Shown piece after piece: positions 1 through 9,740 of a DNA stretch of 52,797 nucleotides (position 1 is its first letter; each line of letters begins with the position of its first letter). The stretch comes from a bacterium (lineage in GTDB: Bacteria; Desulfobacterota; DSWW01). The stretch covers positions 1 to 52,797 of the forward strand of contig JBFLZG010000120.1 of the NCBI GenBank assembly GCA_040756235.1. Direction: 5' to 3'. Under the pieces are notes generated by a model. It did no database searches. It was not told the origin of the DNA and saw only the letters and a list, made by a program, of their open reading frames with translations. A program made the translations under genes and the position numbers.

Positions 1-530
1 GTCATCGGGCCGGTTGCGAGCATGCGGCTGCGCGGGTCCATCGTGAGCGTCGCAGCCAGGGTGTCGAACGCCTTTTCCCGCGCCATCTCGTAGGGCAGGC
101 CGGCGGTGGGCGCGGGCACCACGGCTTGCGGGTCATAGGGCGTGCACTGGCGTCCCAGGGACGGCAGGAACTGGGCGCAGGCGGCGGCCCCGAAGTAGTG
201 GATGCGCTCCGCGTACAGGGTGGGGCCGATCTGGTGAGCGGGGTGGTAAAGCACCATGCTGCGTCCCAGGGGGAACCGGGCCGCAAGCCGGGTGCCGAGA
301 AAGACGCCGCTGATCACCAGGCCTGCGCCCCCCTTGGCGCGCGCCCCGATGTAGGCGAGGGTCTGCTCCGTGACCTCTCCGTTGTACCCGGACATGTACT
401 CCTGCATGGGCGCGACCGCGATCCGGTTCTTGAGCTCCACGTCCCCGATCTTGACCGGCGCGAGGAGGTTCGTGAAGCTGGCGTTCCCTTTCCGCCTTGC
501 GGCCTCGGCTCTGTTTTGGCTGCGTGCCAT
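1..530 (-). CDS. NADH:flavin oxidoreductase / Old Yellow Enzyme family protein, N-terminal part (runs off the window edge)
   Basis: Not in the ORF track because it has no stop in the window. Manual translation from ATG at 530 (GGGAG RBS upstream) gives MARSQNRAEA...FTNLLAPVKIGDVELKNRIAVAPMQEYMSGYNGEVTEQTLAYIGARAKGGAGLVISG, the typical OYE start. Confidence 0.9.
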   Translation of the reverse strand, partial: MARSQNRAEAARRKGNASFTNLLAPVKIGDVELKNRIAVAPMQEYMSGYNGEVTEQTLAYIGARAKGGAGLVISGVFLGTRLAARFPLGRSMVLYHPAHQIGPTLYAERIHYFGAAACAQFLPSLGRQCTPYDPQAVVPAPTAGLPYEMAREKAFDTLAATLTMDPRSRMLATGPM

Positions 531-636
531 CGTGTCTCCCTCCGTGTTGCGGGAATGGCTCCTCGACCTGCCTCGAGAGAAGTCCGTCCGGCAGAGCAGG
601 TCCCCCCCTCCTCAAGCCCGGGCGGATGCGGGCTCG

Positions 637-2610
637 TCACAGATCCATGGCGACCTTGTAGCCGTCGTAAATCGCATTGAGCAGGCGGCGCGGCGTCCAG
701 GCATCCCCGATGCGGTAGACCTCTTTCACCTTGCCCTGGAGCGCGTGATAGAGGGTGGCGTCGGCCCTGCGCCAGTAGGAGAGCACGAGGGTATCCGCCT
801 CGATCTCCTGGACTTGCTCGGTCAGGGCGTCCCGGACCACGACCTTGCCGGGCTTCGCCCCCTTCACTTCGGAGTCGTGGATGCGCTTGACCCCTTTCAT
901 CTTGATGTTCATGGTCTGGACCGCCAGGGTGATGAGGTCGATGTCGTAGGAGTTGGCCGTGGTGAGCCGGAAGGGCACGGGCATCACCAGCGTGACATCC
1001 TTCTTCTGGTCCGCCAGGAACTCGGCGGTCACGAGCCCTTTCATGTAGTTCTGCTCATCCGCGATGACCACGCGCGCGCCGGTCTCGACCTTGCCCTCGA
1101 GGACGTCTTCGGCCGTGACCACGTGCGCTCCCTGCTCGATCCGGATGGCCGCGCACGGCCCCACCGCATCCGGAGCCGGATCGGTGACCGTCGTTCCCCC
1201 CGTGGCGACGATGACCGCGTCCGGATGTTCCCGGAGCACTCGCTCGGCGGTGACCTCCGTGTTCAGGAAGACCGGGATGCCGAGCCGCTCCACCTCGTGT
1301 TTGAGATAGCGCACGGCCTGGCCCAGCTCCTGACGGCTCGCGACCCTGGCCGGAATGAGGATCGCGCCCCCGAGCTGCGCGCTCTTTTCGTAAAGGGAAA
1401 CGTCGTGCCCCCTTTGCTTGGCCACGACGGCTGCCTCCATCCCGGCGCACCCGCCGCCAACGATCATGACCTTCTTGGGCTGCTTGGCCGGGGTGATCCG
1501 GAAAGTTCCTTCGCGGCCCGCCTCCGGGTTCTGCGTGCAGGTGATCGATTCGCGGCGCTCCCAATTGCCCCAGCAGCCCTGGTTGCAGGCGATGCAAAGG
1601 CGCACGTCGTCAAGGCGTCCCTCCCGGGCCTTGTTGGGCATCTCCGGATCGCAAATGAGCGCTCGGGTCATCGCCACCATATCGGCTTCGTTGTTCTTGA
1701 TGATGTCGTTGGCCGTGACCGGGTCGTTGATCCGGATCCCGGTGAATACCGGCAGGTCGATGATCTGCTTGAACTCGGCCGCGCAGTACACGAAAGGCCG
1801 AGGCGGCACCATCATGGGGGAGACGGCGAGGACTCCGGTAATCGTCACGTTCAGGTAATCGATGAGGCCGGTCTGCGCCCAGATGGACACGACCTGTTTC
1901 ATGTCCTCCAGCGTGTACCCTTCCGGGATGAATTCGTCGGCGGATGCCCGCACCCCGAGCACCATCTCTTCTCCGATTGCCTTGCGCACGGCCGCGATGA
2001 CCTCCATGCCGAACCGCATCCGGTTCTCGAGGCTGCCGCCGTAGCGGTCCTTGCGGATGTTCGTCGAAGGGGAGAGGAACTGCTGCTGGAGGTAGCCGTG
2101 GCAGAAGTTGAGCTCGACTCCGTCGTAACCGGCCTCTCGGGCCTTGAGGGCCAGATCGACGTGCCTTTGGACCTCCTCGCGGATCATCCGCTCGTCCAGG
2201 ATCACCGGGGGCTCGCCGATGAACTTCGACGGCATGTCGGAGCAGGAGACGCCCGGGGTATTCGTATAGTAGGAGCAGCTGTAATTGCCGCCGTGCCAGA
2301 GCTGGAGGAAGATCCTGGCTCCGTGGGGGCGGACGGCCTCCACGATCTTCTTGAGCCAAGGCCTGATCTCGTCCTTCCAGCCCTGACAGAACGCCTTCTC
2401 GTGGAACTGGGCGTGGGGGGAGACCACGGTACCTTCCTGAATGATGAGACCCGCGCCTCCCTTGGCTCTCGCCTCGTGGTAGCGTACGTGACGGTCGCTC
2501 GGCAGACCTTTCTCCCCCAGGGCCGTCACGTGGGCGGACGAGTAGATGCGGTTGCGGATGGTGAGGTTGCGGATGCGCAACGGGGAGAAGAGGTTCGCCA
2601 ACTCGGCCAT
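637..2610 (-). CDS. FMN/[4Fe-4S] oxidoreductase, OYE/FadH/TMADH family (657 aa)
   Basis: LFSPLRIRNLTIRNRI, ARAKGGAGLII, NFCHGYLQQQFLSP, RKDRYGGSLENRMRF, Fe-S motif CIACNQGC...C, dinucleotide motif IVGGGCAG; GAAGGAG RBS. Confidence 0.92.
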   Translation of the reverse strand: MAELANLFSPLRIRNLTIRNRIYSSAHVTALGEKGLPSDRHVRYHEARAKGGAGLIIQEGTVVSPHAQFHEKAFCQGWKDEIRPWLKKIVEAVRPHGARIFLQLWHGGNYSCSYYTNTPGVSCSDMPSKFIGEPPVILDERMIREEVQRHVDLALKAREAGYDGVELNFCHGYLQQQFLSPSTNIRKDRYGGSLENRMRFGMEVIAAVRKAIGEEMVLGVRASADEFIPEGYTLEDMKQVVSIWAQTGLIDYLNVTITGVLAVSPMMVPPRPFVYCAAEFKQIIDLPVFTGIRINDPVTANDIIKNNEADMVAMTRALICDPEMPNKAREGRLDDVRLCIACNQGCWGNWERRESITCTQNPEAGREGTFRITPAKQPKKVMIVGGGCAGMEAAVVAKQRGHDVSLYEKSAQLGGAILIPARVASRQELGQAVRYLKHEVERLGIPVFLNTEVTAERVLREHPDAVIVATGGTTVTDPAPDAVGPCAAIRIEQGAHVVTAEDVLEGKVETGARVVIADEQNYMKGLVTAEFLADQKKDVTLVMPVPFRLTTANSYDIDLITLAVQTMNIKMKGVKRIHDSEVKGAKPGKVVVRDALTEQVQEIEADTLVLSYWRRADATLYHALQGKVKEVYRIGDAWTPRRLLNAIYDGYKVAMDL

Positions 2611-2673
2611 GATGGACTCCTTCTTCGTCGGGCTGATGCTGTGGGTCAGGGGTCGCTGCCCGAAGGCAAGCTT

Positions 2674-3513
2674 CTATTCCGTATGTCCCGGCCGGGCGAG
2701 GGCCTGCATGGCGTCCCGCAGCTCCCGGGGCACCGAGCGGAACGTGCAGCGCTGGGATTTGCCCACGCCGGCCCCCCGTCTGAGGTCCACGAGCGTCTCG
2801 GCCGTCTTCAGGGCGGCGTGGGTCACGTCCAGCACCGGCACGCCGGTGCCGGGCACCTCGCGGTAGCCGAGCAGGGAGACCGCCGGGCTCAGGGCGCAGC
2901 AGGCCGGCAGGATCACTTCCGCGCCGTCCTCCACGCAGGCCCGGCAGAGCCGGTCGAACTGGGGCTGAAGGATCGCGGGGTTCATCAGCATCTCGAACAG
3001 GAAGCTCACCCAGTTCTCGCCCATCCGGAAGACGCGCACCGGCCGGGCCGCCCGAAGCTCCATGCCGTAGCCGCGGATGTTGCGCTCGCAAAAGGCCACG
3101 AGCTCGTCGAGGACCGTGATCATGCCGAAGCGGCTCCCCAGGGTGCAGGCCAGGAGCATGGCCGACTCGGTGGGCGCGACCACCGGAATGTCCACGGCCT
3201 GGCGGGCCGCGTGCAGGGCCGGGTCATCCGCGCAGCCGATGATCACGGCGTCGTATCCCTGCCTCTCCGCCTCGATCACGCCGTCGACGAGCCAGACGTT
3301 GTTCAGCATCTCGTGGTACGGGGTCTGCACGAGGTAGGCGGAGTGCCGGAGGTAGTGGAAGTCGATCTCGGCGTCCGGCCGGGCGACCTTCCTCAGGTTT
3401 TCCAGGACCCTGGCCTTGGCGTCCTCGATGAGGACGGGCGTTTTCAATCCGATCTCCCGCTCCATCTGCTCCTGGGGCGGAAAGATGTGCTGCCACCAGA
3501 TTCTCATGCTCAT
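2674..3513 (-). CDS. Asp/Glu/hydantoin (allantoin) racemase family protein
   Basis: Start re-called at MSMRIWWQ (GGGAGG RBS). Motifs AERQGYDAVIIGCADDPAL and GAEVILPACC carry the two-cysteine racemase signature; C-terminal GVPVLD. Confidence 0.85.
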   Translation of the reverse strand: MSMRIWWQHIFPPQEQMEREIGLKTPVLIEDAKARVLENLRKVARPDAEIDFHYLRHSAYLVQTPYHEMLNNVWLVDGVIEAERQGYDAVIIGCADDPALHAARQAVDIPVVAPTESAMLLACTLGSRFGMITVLDELVAFCERNIRGYGMELRAARPVRVFRMGENWVSFLFEMLMNPAILQPQFDRLCRACVEDGAEVILPACCALSPAVSLLGYREVPGTGVPVLDVTHAALKTAETLVDLRRGAGVGKSQRCTFRSVPRELRDAMQALARPGHTE

Positions 3514-3547
3514 AAGCCACCTCCCTGGGGTTCCGCTGCCGTTCCCC

Positions 3548-5545
3548 TCAAATCTCCATGGCGATCTTGTGGCCGTCGTAGATGGCGTTGATGCAGCGCC
3601 TGGGGGAGAGGGCGTCGCCGATCTTGTAGATTTCCTTGACCTGGCCCTGGAGCTCGTCGTAGAGCCGGGTTTCCGCCTTGCGCCAGTACGAGAGCACCAG
3701 GGTGTCGGCGTCCAATTCCTGGTCCTGCTCGGTGAACACGTCCCGGATGACGACCTTGCCGGGCCGGGCTTGCTTGACTTCACACTCGCTGATGCGCTTG
3801 ACGCCCTTGGCCTTCAGGTTGGCGGTCTGCACCGCCAGCGTGAAATGGTCCACTTCATACGGGTTGGCGGAGGTGTAGCGGATGGGCAGCGGCATGACCA
3901 GGGTCACATCCTTTCCCTGATCGGCCAGAAATTCTGCGGTGACCATCCCTTTCATGTAGTTCTGCTGGTCCGCGATCACCACCTTCCTGCCGCACTCGGC
4001 TTTTCCTTCCAGCACGTCCTCGGCCGTGACCACGTGGGTGTGCGGCTCGATCTCGATGGCAGAGCCGGTGCCCACCACCTCCGGCCTGACGTCGTCGATG
4101 GTCGCCGCGCCGGTTGCCACGATGACCGCGTCCGGTCTTTCCTGCAACACCCTTTGGGCGGTGACTTCGGTGTTGAGGTGGACCTCGACCCCCAGCCGCT
4201 CCACCTCGTGCTTCAGATAACGTATGGCCTGGCCGTACTCCTGGCGGCTGGGCACCTTGGTGGTGATCCGGATCGCGCCGCCCAGCTCGCCGCTCTTTTC
4301 GTACAGGGCCACCTGATGCCCCCTCCGCCTGGCCACCTCGGCGGCCTTCATGCCGCCGGGACCGCCGCCCACCACCATGACCTTCTTCGGGGTTGCCGCA
4401 GGCTTGACGGCGAACGCGACCTCGCGCCCCGCCTCGGGATTCTGCATGCAGGTGATCGGCTCGTGGTGCTTGAGCAACCGCTCCCAGCAGCCCTCGTTGC
4501 AGGCGATGCAGTGCCGGATGTCGTCCAGCCGCCCCTCCCGGGCCTTGTTCGGCATCTCGGGGTCGCACAGGGTAGCCCGGGTCATGGCCACCATATCGGC
4601 CTCGCAGTTCTTGATGATGTCGTTGGCCGTGACGGGGTCGTTGATGCGGATGCAGGCAAAGACGGGGATGTCGACCAGTTGCTTGATCTCGGCCGCGCAA
4701 TAAACGAACGGGCGCGGCGGCACCATCATGGGCGGGATGGCGTAGACCATGCTCCTGGACTGGGCCACCGAGACGTGGAGATAATCGATCTGGTTGGTGC
4801 GTGCCCACATGGGCATGAACTGCTTGCCGTCTTCCAGGGTGTAGCCGCCCGGGAGCAGCTCGTCCGCGGATCCGCGGACCCCTACGATGAAATCGTCGCC
4901 CACCGCCTTGCGCACGGCATCGATGATCTCCAGGCTGAACCGCATCCGGTTCTCCAGGCTTCCTCCGTAAGCGTCCCGCCGCACGTTGGAGATCGGGGAG
5001 ATGAACTGGTGCACCAGGTACCCGTGCGCGAAATGCAGCTCCACGCCGTCGTAGCCTGCTTCCTGGGCCTTGAGGGCCACTTCCACATGCTGCTGCACCA
5101 GGGTCTTGATCTCCTCGACGCTCACCGCCGACGGCACTTCCCCGCCCAGGCCGGCAACGGCCGGGATGCCGGAGGGGGCTTCACTGTGCAGCCAGGTGTA
5201 GTAGGCGCTCATGACGCTGCCGCCGTGGGCGATTTGCATGAGGACCTTGGCCCCGTGGGCGTGCACGGCGGCGGCGATCTTCCGAGCGCAGGGTGTGAAC
5301 CCGTCCATCCACCCCTGCGAGCCGATCTTGAGGTTGGTGGCCGTGAACGGATTGATCGCCACGGCCTCGGTGATGATCAGGCCGGCGCCCCCTTTGGCCC
5401 GCGCTTCGTAGTAGCGCACGTGGCGGTCACTGGGAAGTCCGTGGTCCACGTACCCGGTGATATGGGCGGATTGAAAGATGCGGTTGCGAACGGTCAGGTT
5501 CCGGATCGTCAGAGGCGAAAAGAGATGGGACAGCTCGGAGGCCAT
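3548..5545 (-). CDS. FMN/[4Fe-4S] oxidoreductase, OYE/FadH/TMADH family (665 aa), close paralogue of 637-2610
   Basis: ELHFAHGYLVHQFISP, YGGSLENRMRF, CIACNEGC, VVGGGPGG; long identical peptides shared with 637-2610. Confidence 0.92.
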   Translation of the reverse strand: MASELSHLFSPLTIRNLTVRNRIFQSAHITGYVDHGLPSDRHVRYYEARAKGGAGLIITEAVAINPFTATNLKIGSQGWMDGFTPCARKIAAAVHAHGAKVLMQIAHGGSVMSAYYTWLHSEAPSGIPAVAGLGGEVPSAVSVEEIKTLVQQHVEVALKAQEAGYDGVELHFAHGYLVHQFISPISNVRRDAYGGSLENRMRFSLEIIDAVRKAVGDDFIVGVRGSADELLPGGYTLEDGKQFMPMWARTNQIDYLHVSVAQSRSMVYAIPPMMVPPRPFVYCAAEIKQLVDIPVFACIRINDPVTANDIIKNCEADMVAMTRATLCDPEMPNKAREGRLDDIRHCIACNEGCWERLLKHHEPITCMQNPEAGREVAFAVKPAATPKKVMVVGGGPGGMKAAEVARRRGHQVALYEKSGELGGAIRITTKVPSRQEYGQAIRYLKHEVERLGVEVHLNTEVTAQRVLQERPDAVIVATGAATIDDVRPEVVGTGSAIEIEPHTHVVTAEDVLEGKAECGRKVVIADQQNYMKGMVTAEFLADQGKDVTLVMPLPIRYTSANPYEVDHFTLAVQTANLKAKGVKRISECEVKQARPGKVVIRDVFTEQDQELDADTLVLSYWRKAETRLYDELQGQVKEIYKIGDALSPRRCINAIYDGHKIAMEI

Positions 5546-5614
5546 GGCAGATGCTCCCTTGGCTGAAGTGAGGAGGGGGAGAGTCTCCCCCGGGCAGGGG
5601 TCCGGGCGTCTGCG

Positions 5615-6031
5615 CTATTTCTTCTCCACCCGGACCTTGAACTCCACCGTGCCCAGCCCGCCCAGGTCGAGGCCCGGGTCGCTGCAGCGGAAGCCGCTGA
5701 TGTGGGCGGTGGCGTCGCCCTTGTGGTAAATGCGGTCCATCAGAGCATGGGCCCGCTCGATGAGCGGCCCGATGGCCCCCAGGCACAGGGGCGCCGTGCT
5801 CTCCTGGGTGTTGATCTGGTTGGCGTTGTCGACCACGAATTTCTGGCCCACCTGCAGACCGGCGAAGCAGTACTTGCTGCTGACGACCTCCGCCACCAGC
5901 CGGTAGTTGGCGATCGAGGCCATCGCGTTCAACAGCTCCTGCTCCATCTCGGGCGTGACCTTGGCCATGTCCGTCTCGGTCATGCCGAACATCTGGGCCG
6001 CCGCCAGCTTGAGGCCTTCGTCCTGAATCAT
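5615..6031 (-). CDS. Small Cys-containing hypothetical protein, TIGR04076-like
   Basis: Pattern VVSSKYCFAGLQVGQKF...PLCLGA...FRCSDPG...GTVEFKV resembles the TIGR04076 three-Cys pattern; AAGGAGG RBS. Confidence 0.65.
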   Translation of the reverse strand: MIQDEGLKLAAAQMFGMTETDMAKVTPEMEQELLNAMASIANYRLVAEVVSSKYCFAGLQVGQKFVVDNANQINTQESTAPLCLGAIGPLIERAHALMDRIYHKGDATAHISGFRCSDPGLDLGGLGTVEFKVRVEKK

Positions 6032-6164
6032 GCCGGATCCTCCTTGTGAAGATTGAAAGATCGAGTCGGAGACCTTCTCCGGTCGCCGGAACGTGCGCGA
6101 AGCGCTCGCATCCTGCGGGGGGGCCTGCGGCTGCCGCCGGGCTTGTGCAGCTCCCGGGCAGCTC

Positions 6165-6929
6165 TCAGTCGATCAGCACGATGCCCAGGCCGAACGGCTT
6201 GTAGTCCTTCGGGAAGTCCTGCGGGAACGCGCAGTAGCCCCACGCATAGTTTTCCCAGCCCATGCGCGCCGCCAGCTTCATCAGATCGATGGCGAAGGTC
6301 TGCTCGACGCTCGGTTTGGCGCGCAGGGGAAAGCGGCACACTCCGGCCTTGATCTCTTGACAGGTGCCGAAGTCCTGGCAGAGAGCGATCAGGCAGGGGC
6401 CGAAGTGCAGGTTGATGGCGAAATAGTGGCCGTCGTAATAGGCTGCGCTCTCAGCGGCGTCACCGACCCGGAAGAGGTAGCGCAGCATGGAGCCGTAACG
6501 CTGCAGGCCCTCCTTCGTCCCGATCGCTTCGACCAGGCCGGGCCCGGATATGTAAGGCCACCCCTCCTCCGGCACGTTCAGCCGGTAGACGATCGCCCAG
6601 GCGTAGGCGGCCAAGTTCTCCAGAGCCTGGGCATAGGTGCCGGTGAAGTGGGGCGGGCAGCTCCCGCTGTTGCCGTAGAAAGGGCATTTGGGCGAGTGAC
6701 ACTTCAGCATCACGCGCGGGTCCTGAGGGATTTCCCTGGCGCTGACGATGCGCGCCTCGTGGGCGCCCTGCTGCAAGAGAGTGTTCACGTACTTCTGAAG
6801 GTGGGCCTGCAGCTCCGCGTGGGTGCAGGGGATGCGGGAAAGCGGCATCCTCGGGATCTGCTCGCGCGGCGGCGGCCCCATCTTGGGGACCGGGTTGTCG
6901 AGCATGTCGTTGCGCGGCTTCGAGCTCAT
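6165..6929 (-). CDS. DUF2284 predicted metal-binding protein
   Basis: Start re-called at MSSKPRND (GAGGAGG RBS). DPRVMLKCHSPKCPFYGNSGSCPPH, GPCLIALC...C...CRFPLRAKPSVEQTFAID. Confidence 0.8.
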   Translation of the reverse strand: MSSKPRNDMLDNPVPKMGPPPREQIPRMPLSRIPCTHAELQAHLQKYVNTLLQQGAHEARIVSAREIPQDPRVMLKCHSPKCPFYGNSGSCPPHFTGTYAQALENLAAYAWAIVYRLNVPEEGWPYISGPGLVEAIGTKEGLQRYGSMLRYLFRVGDAAESAAYYDGHYFAINLHFGPCLIALCQDFGTCQEIKAGVCRFPLRAKPSVEQTFAIDLMKLAARMGWENYAWGYCAFPQDFPKDYKPFGLGIVLID

Positions 6930-6984
6930 GAAAAGTCCTCCTCGCAGGGGTTGACCATCCTGCAAGCCGATCCTTTCGGTTTGC

Positions 6985-7848
6985 TCACGACTTGTACTTG
7001 CGGTCGAGCGCCATGTACCGGTCCGCGCCCATGAGCTTGTTGAAGGAGCCGAACAGCCGGATGAGCTCTTCCCCTTCCAGGGCGGGCGTGCGGCCGGTGC
7101 CGCGGAAGGTGCGCAGGGCGTCCTGGACCGAGAGCACCGCCGGCCCCAGGCACACGGCCGGGAAGATGGCGACCGCATAGCCGAGCTTCTGGATGTCCGC
7201 CACGCTGAGAGCCGGGGTGAGCGGCCCCATGTTGATCATGCAGGGCGCCTCGGTGCATTCCTTGGGAACGCGCTCGATCTGCTCCATGTTGGTCTGGCCG
7301 TCGGCGAAGACCACGTCGGCGCCCGCGGCGGCATAGGCGTGGAGCCGATCGATTGCCGACTCCAGGCCCTCGACCCCGATCGCGTCGGTGCGGGCGATGA
7401 TGACGAAATCATCCGAGGCCCTGGCGTCCACGGCCGCCCGGATCTTGGCCGTCATCTCCTCCTTGGGGACGACCTGCTTGCCGGTCATGTGGCCGCAGCG
7501 CTTGGGCCAGACCTGGTCCTCGATGTGCAGCGCGGCCGCTCCCGCCCGCTCGTATTCCCGCACCGTGCGCACCACGTTGATCGGGTTTCCGTACCCGGTG
7601 TCGCCGTCGGCGATGAGGGGCAGCTCGACCGCTTCCGCCAGCAGGCGGGCATTGGCGAGCATTTCGCTCATCGTCACCAGACCGAGATCCGGGTAACCGT
7701 AGATGAACGCGGCCGTGCAGTAGCCGCTCATGTAGACGCAGTTGAAACCGGCCTCCTCGACGAGCTTGGCCGTGAGGGCACTGAAGGCGCCCGGCGCCAC
7801 CACGAGCTCTCCTTCCGCAATCAGTTTCCGCAGCTTCTTCCCGCCCAT
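6985..7848 (-). CDS. Isocitrate lyase/PEP mutase family C-C lyase (PrpB / 2,3-dimethylmalate lyase-like)
   Basis: YMSG, DGDTGYG, catalytic loop HIEDQVWPKRCGH, IIARTDA; start re-called at MGGKKLR. Confidence 0.92.
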   Translation of the reverse strand: MGGKKLRKLIAEGELVVAPGAFSALTAKLVEEAGFNCVYMSGYCTAAFIYGYPDLGLVTMSEMLANARLLAEAVELPLIADGDTGYGNPINVVRTVREYERAGAAALHIEDQVWPKRCGHMTGKQVVPKEEMTAKIRAAVDARASDDFVIIARTDAIGVEGLESAIDRLHAYAAAGADVVFADGQTNMEQIERVPKECTEAPCMINMGPLTPALSVADIQKLGYAVAIFPAVCLGPAVLSVQDALRTFRGTGRTPALEGEELIRLFGSFNKLMGADRYMALDRKYKS

Positions 7849-7917
7849 GCCTGCTTCCTTTCCACTCTCTTGGTCGTTTCCGCGCCCGGTCACGATGAGG
7901 ATTTCGCGCGGCGTTCT

Positions 7918-8403
7918 TCAACCGAGCAGCTTGAGAATGCCTCCCTTGCGCAGCGAGGCCAGCATCATCTCGTTCAGAGGCGTGCCGCCGAAGGTTTTGC
8001 CGGTGGAGAGATCGGCCACCCGGGCGGCCTCGAGATCCACCTCCACCTCGTCCCCCTTCCGCACCCCGGCCGCGGCCTCCGGCGAAACGAGCACCGGAAG
8101 GCCGATCGCGATGGCGTTGCGGAAGAAAATGCGGGCGAACGAGCGCGCCACCACGGCGGCAACGCCCAGGTGCTTGAGCACCTCGGGAGCGGACTCGCGG
8201 CTGGAGCCGCAGCCGAAGTTGGAGCCGGCCACGAGGATCCCGCCGGGCTTGAACTCCCGGGGGAACTCCGGGCAGATCGCTTCGAAGGCGTGCTGACTCT
8301 GTTCTTCGATCTTGCAGTTGAGAAACGCGCCGGGAACGATCTGATCGGTGTCGATCTCGTCCCCGAAGGTCCATACCCGGCCCTGGATCCGCAAATCAGC
8401 CAT
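7918..8403 (-). CDS. leuD: 3-isopropylmalate dehydratase-family small subunit (LeuD/DmdB/HacB-like)
   Basis: GRVWTFGDEIDTDQIVP, GSNFGCGSSRESA, SFARIFFRNAIAIGLP; GGAGG RBS before MADLRI. Probably catabolic rather than leucine-biosynthetic. Confidence 0.9.
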   Translation of the reverse strand: MADLRIQGRVWTFGDEIDTDQIVPGAFLNCKIEEQSQHAFEAICPEFPREFKPGGILVAGSNFGCGSSRESAPEVLKHLGVAAVVARSFARIFFRNAIAIGLPVLVSPEAAAGVRKGDEVEVDLEAARVADLSTGKTFGGTPLNEMMLASLRKGGILKLLG

Positions 8404-8407
8404 CGGT

Positions 8408-9658
8408 TCACACCTCCCTGGGGTCGGCGATGGCGCCACGGAGCGCCGAAGCAGCCACCGTCGCAGGCGAAGCGAGATAGACTTCGGCCTTGGGACTGCC
8501 CATGCGGCCCTTGAAGTTCCGGTTGGTCGAGGAAATGCAGCTCTCGCCGGCCGCCATGAGCCCGACGTGGCCGCCGAAGCAGGGGCCGCAGCTCGGGTTG
8601 CACAGGATCGCCCCGGCCTCGGCCAGAATCCTGAGGAGCCCGTCCTGCATGGCCCTGAGGTAGACTTCTCGCGAAGCGGGATAGACCAGGAGCCGCGTGG
8701 CAGAGGACACCTGCCGTCCTTTCAGGATCTCGGCGGCCGCCGCAAGATCCTCGTAGCGGCCGTTCGTACAGGAGCCGAGCACGGCCTGCTGGACCGGCTT
8801 GCCCTTGACCGCGCTCACCGGTTGCACGTTGCCCACCGAGTGGGGACAGGCCACTTGGGGCTCGAGCCCGGTCAGGTCGATCTCGTAGACCGACTCGTAA
8901 CGGGCGTCCGGGTCGGCCCGGAAGGCGCTCACCGGGGAGCTGCAGCGGCCCCGCAGATAGGCCAGGGTCGGCTCGTCCGCGGCGAAGAACCCGAACTTGG
9001 CGCCGATCTCGATCGACATGTTGCTCATGGCCATGCGGCTCTCGATGCTCAGGGCCGCGGCTCCCTCTCCGGTGAACTCGATCGACTTGTACTGCGCCAC
9101 CTCGGTGCCGTAATGGCCGGCGATGAACAGCAGGACGTCCTTGGAGGTCACCCGCTCGGACAGGCGCCCCTTGAGCACCATGGCCACGGTCTCCGGCACG
9201 AGGAACCAGAGCTCGCCGCAGGCGAGCACGTACGCCATCTCGGTGGTGCCGATGCCGGTCGCTCCCGCTCCCAGGGCGCCGTACGTGCAGGTATGCGAGT
9301 CGGCGCCCACGATCAGGTCGCCGGGACGGGCGTGGCCTTTCTCCATCAGCACCTGGTGGCCGATCCCTTCGGCCTCTCCGTAGTAGTGGGGGAGGCCCAG
9401 GGCCTGCACCGTGCTGCGGATCATCCAGTGAATGCTGGCCGCCCGCTCCGTGTTCGCCGGGACGTAGTGGTCCAGCGCGATCACGACCTTTTCCGGGTCC
9501 CAGACCTTGCCTTTGCCGGCGGCGTTGAGCTGCATCCAGCTCAGGGCAAAGGACTCATGGAGCATGGCGCAGTCGACCGGCGCGGTCACGTATTCGCCCG
9601 CCCGCACCGCACGGCCGACCTTGGCCGAAAAGATCTTCTCCGCCATCGTCTGTCCCAT
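8408..9658 (-). CDS. leuC: 3-isopropylmalate dehydratase/aconitase-family large subunit (LeuC/DmdA/HacA-like)
   Basis: MGQTMAEKI, DH, GIGHQV, GADSHTCTYGALG, GSCTNGR, CGPCFGGH, STNRNFKGRMG, LASPATVAASA. Confidence 0.92.
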   Translation of the reverse strand: MGQTMAEKIFSAKVGRAVRAGEYVTAPVDCAMLHESFALSWMQLNAAGKGKVWDPEKVVIALDHYVPANTERAASIHWMIRSTVQALGLPHYYGEAEGIGHQVLMEKGHARPGDLIVGADSHTCTYGALGAGATGIGTTEMAYVLACGELWFLVPETVAMVLKGRLSERVTSKDVLLFIAGHYGTEVAQYKSIEFTGEGAAALSIESRMAMSNMSIEIGAKFGFFAADEPTLAYLRGRCSSPVSAFRADPDARYESVYEIDLTGLEPQVACPHSVGNVQPVSAVKGKPVQQAVLGSCTNGRYEDLAAAAEILKGRQVSSATRLLVYPASREVYLRAMQDGLLRILAEAGAILCNPSCGPCFGGHVGLMAAGESCISSTNRNFKGRMGSPKAEVYLASPATVAASALRGAIADPREV

Positions 9659-9740
9659 GCATGCCTCCTCGCAGGTCAAAGGTGAAAGCAGGAATGCCTC
9701 TGCCTTCTGCTCTCTTTCCTCTTCCCTTTCACCTCTCTTC

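Noticed and set aside
7918..9658. Leucine biosynthesis operon
   Set aside because: No leuA, leuB or ilv genes are nearby; coupling to an ICL-family lyase points to a catabolic hydratase.
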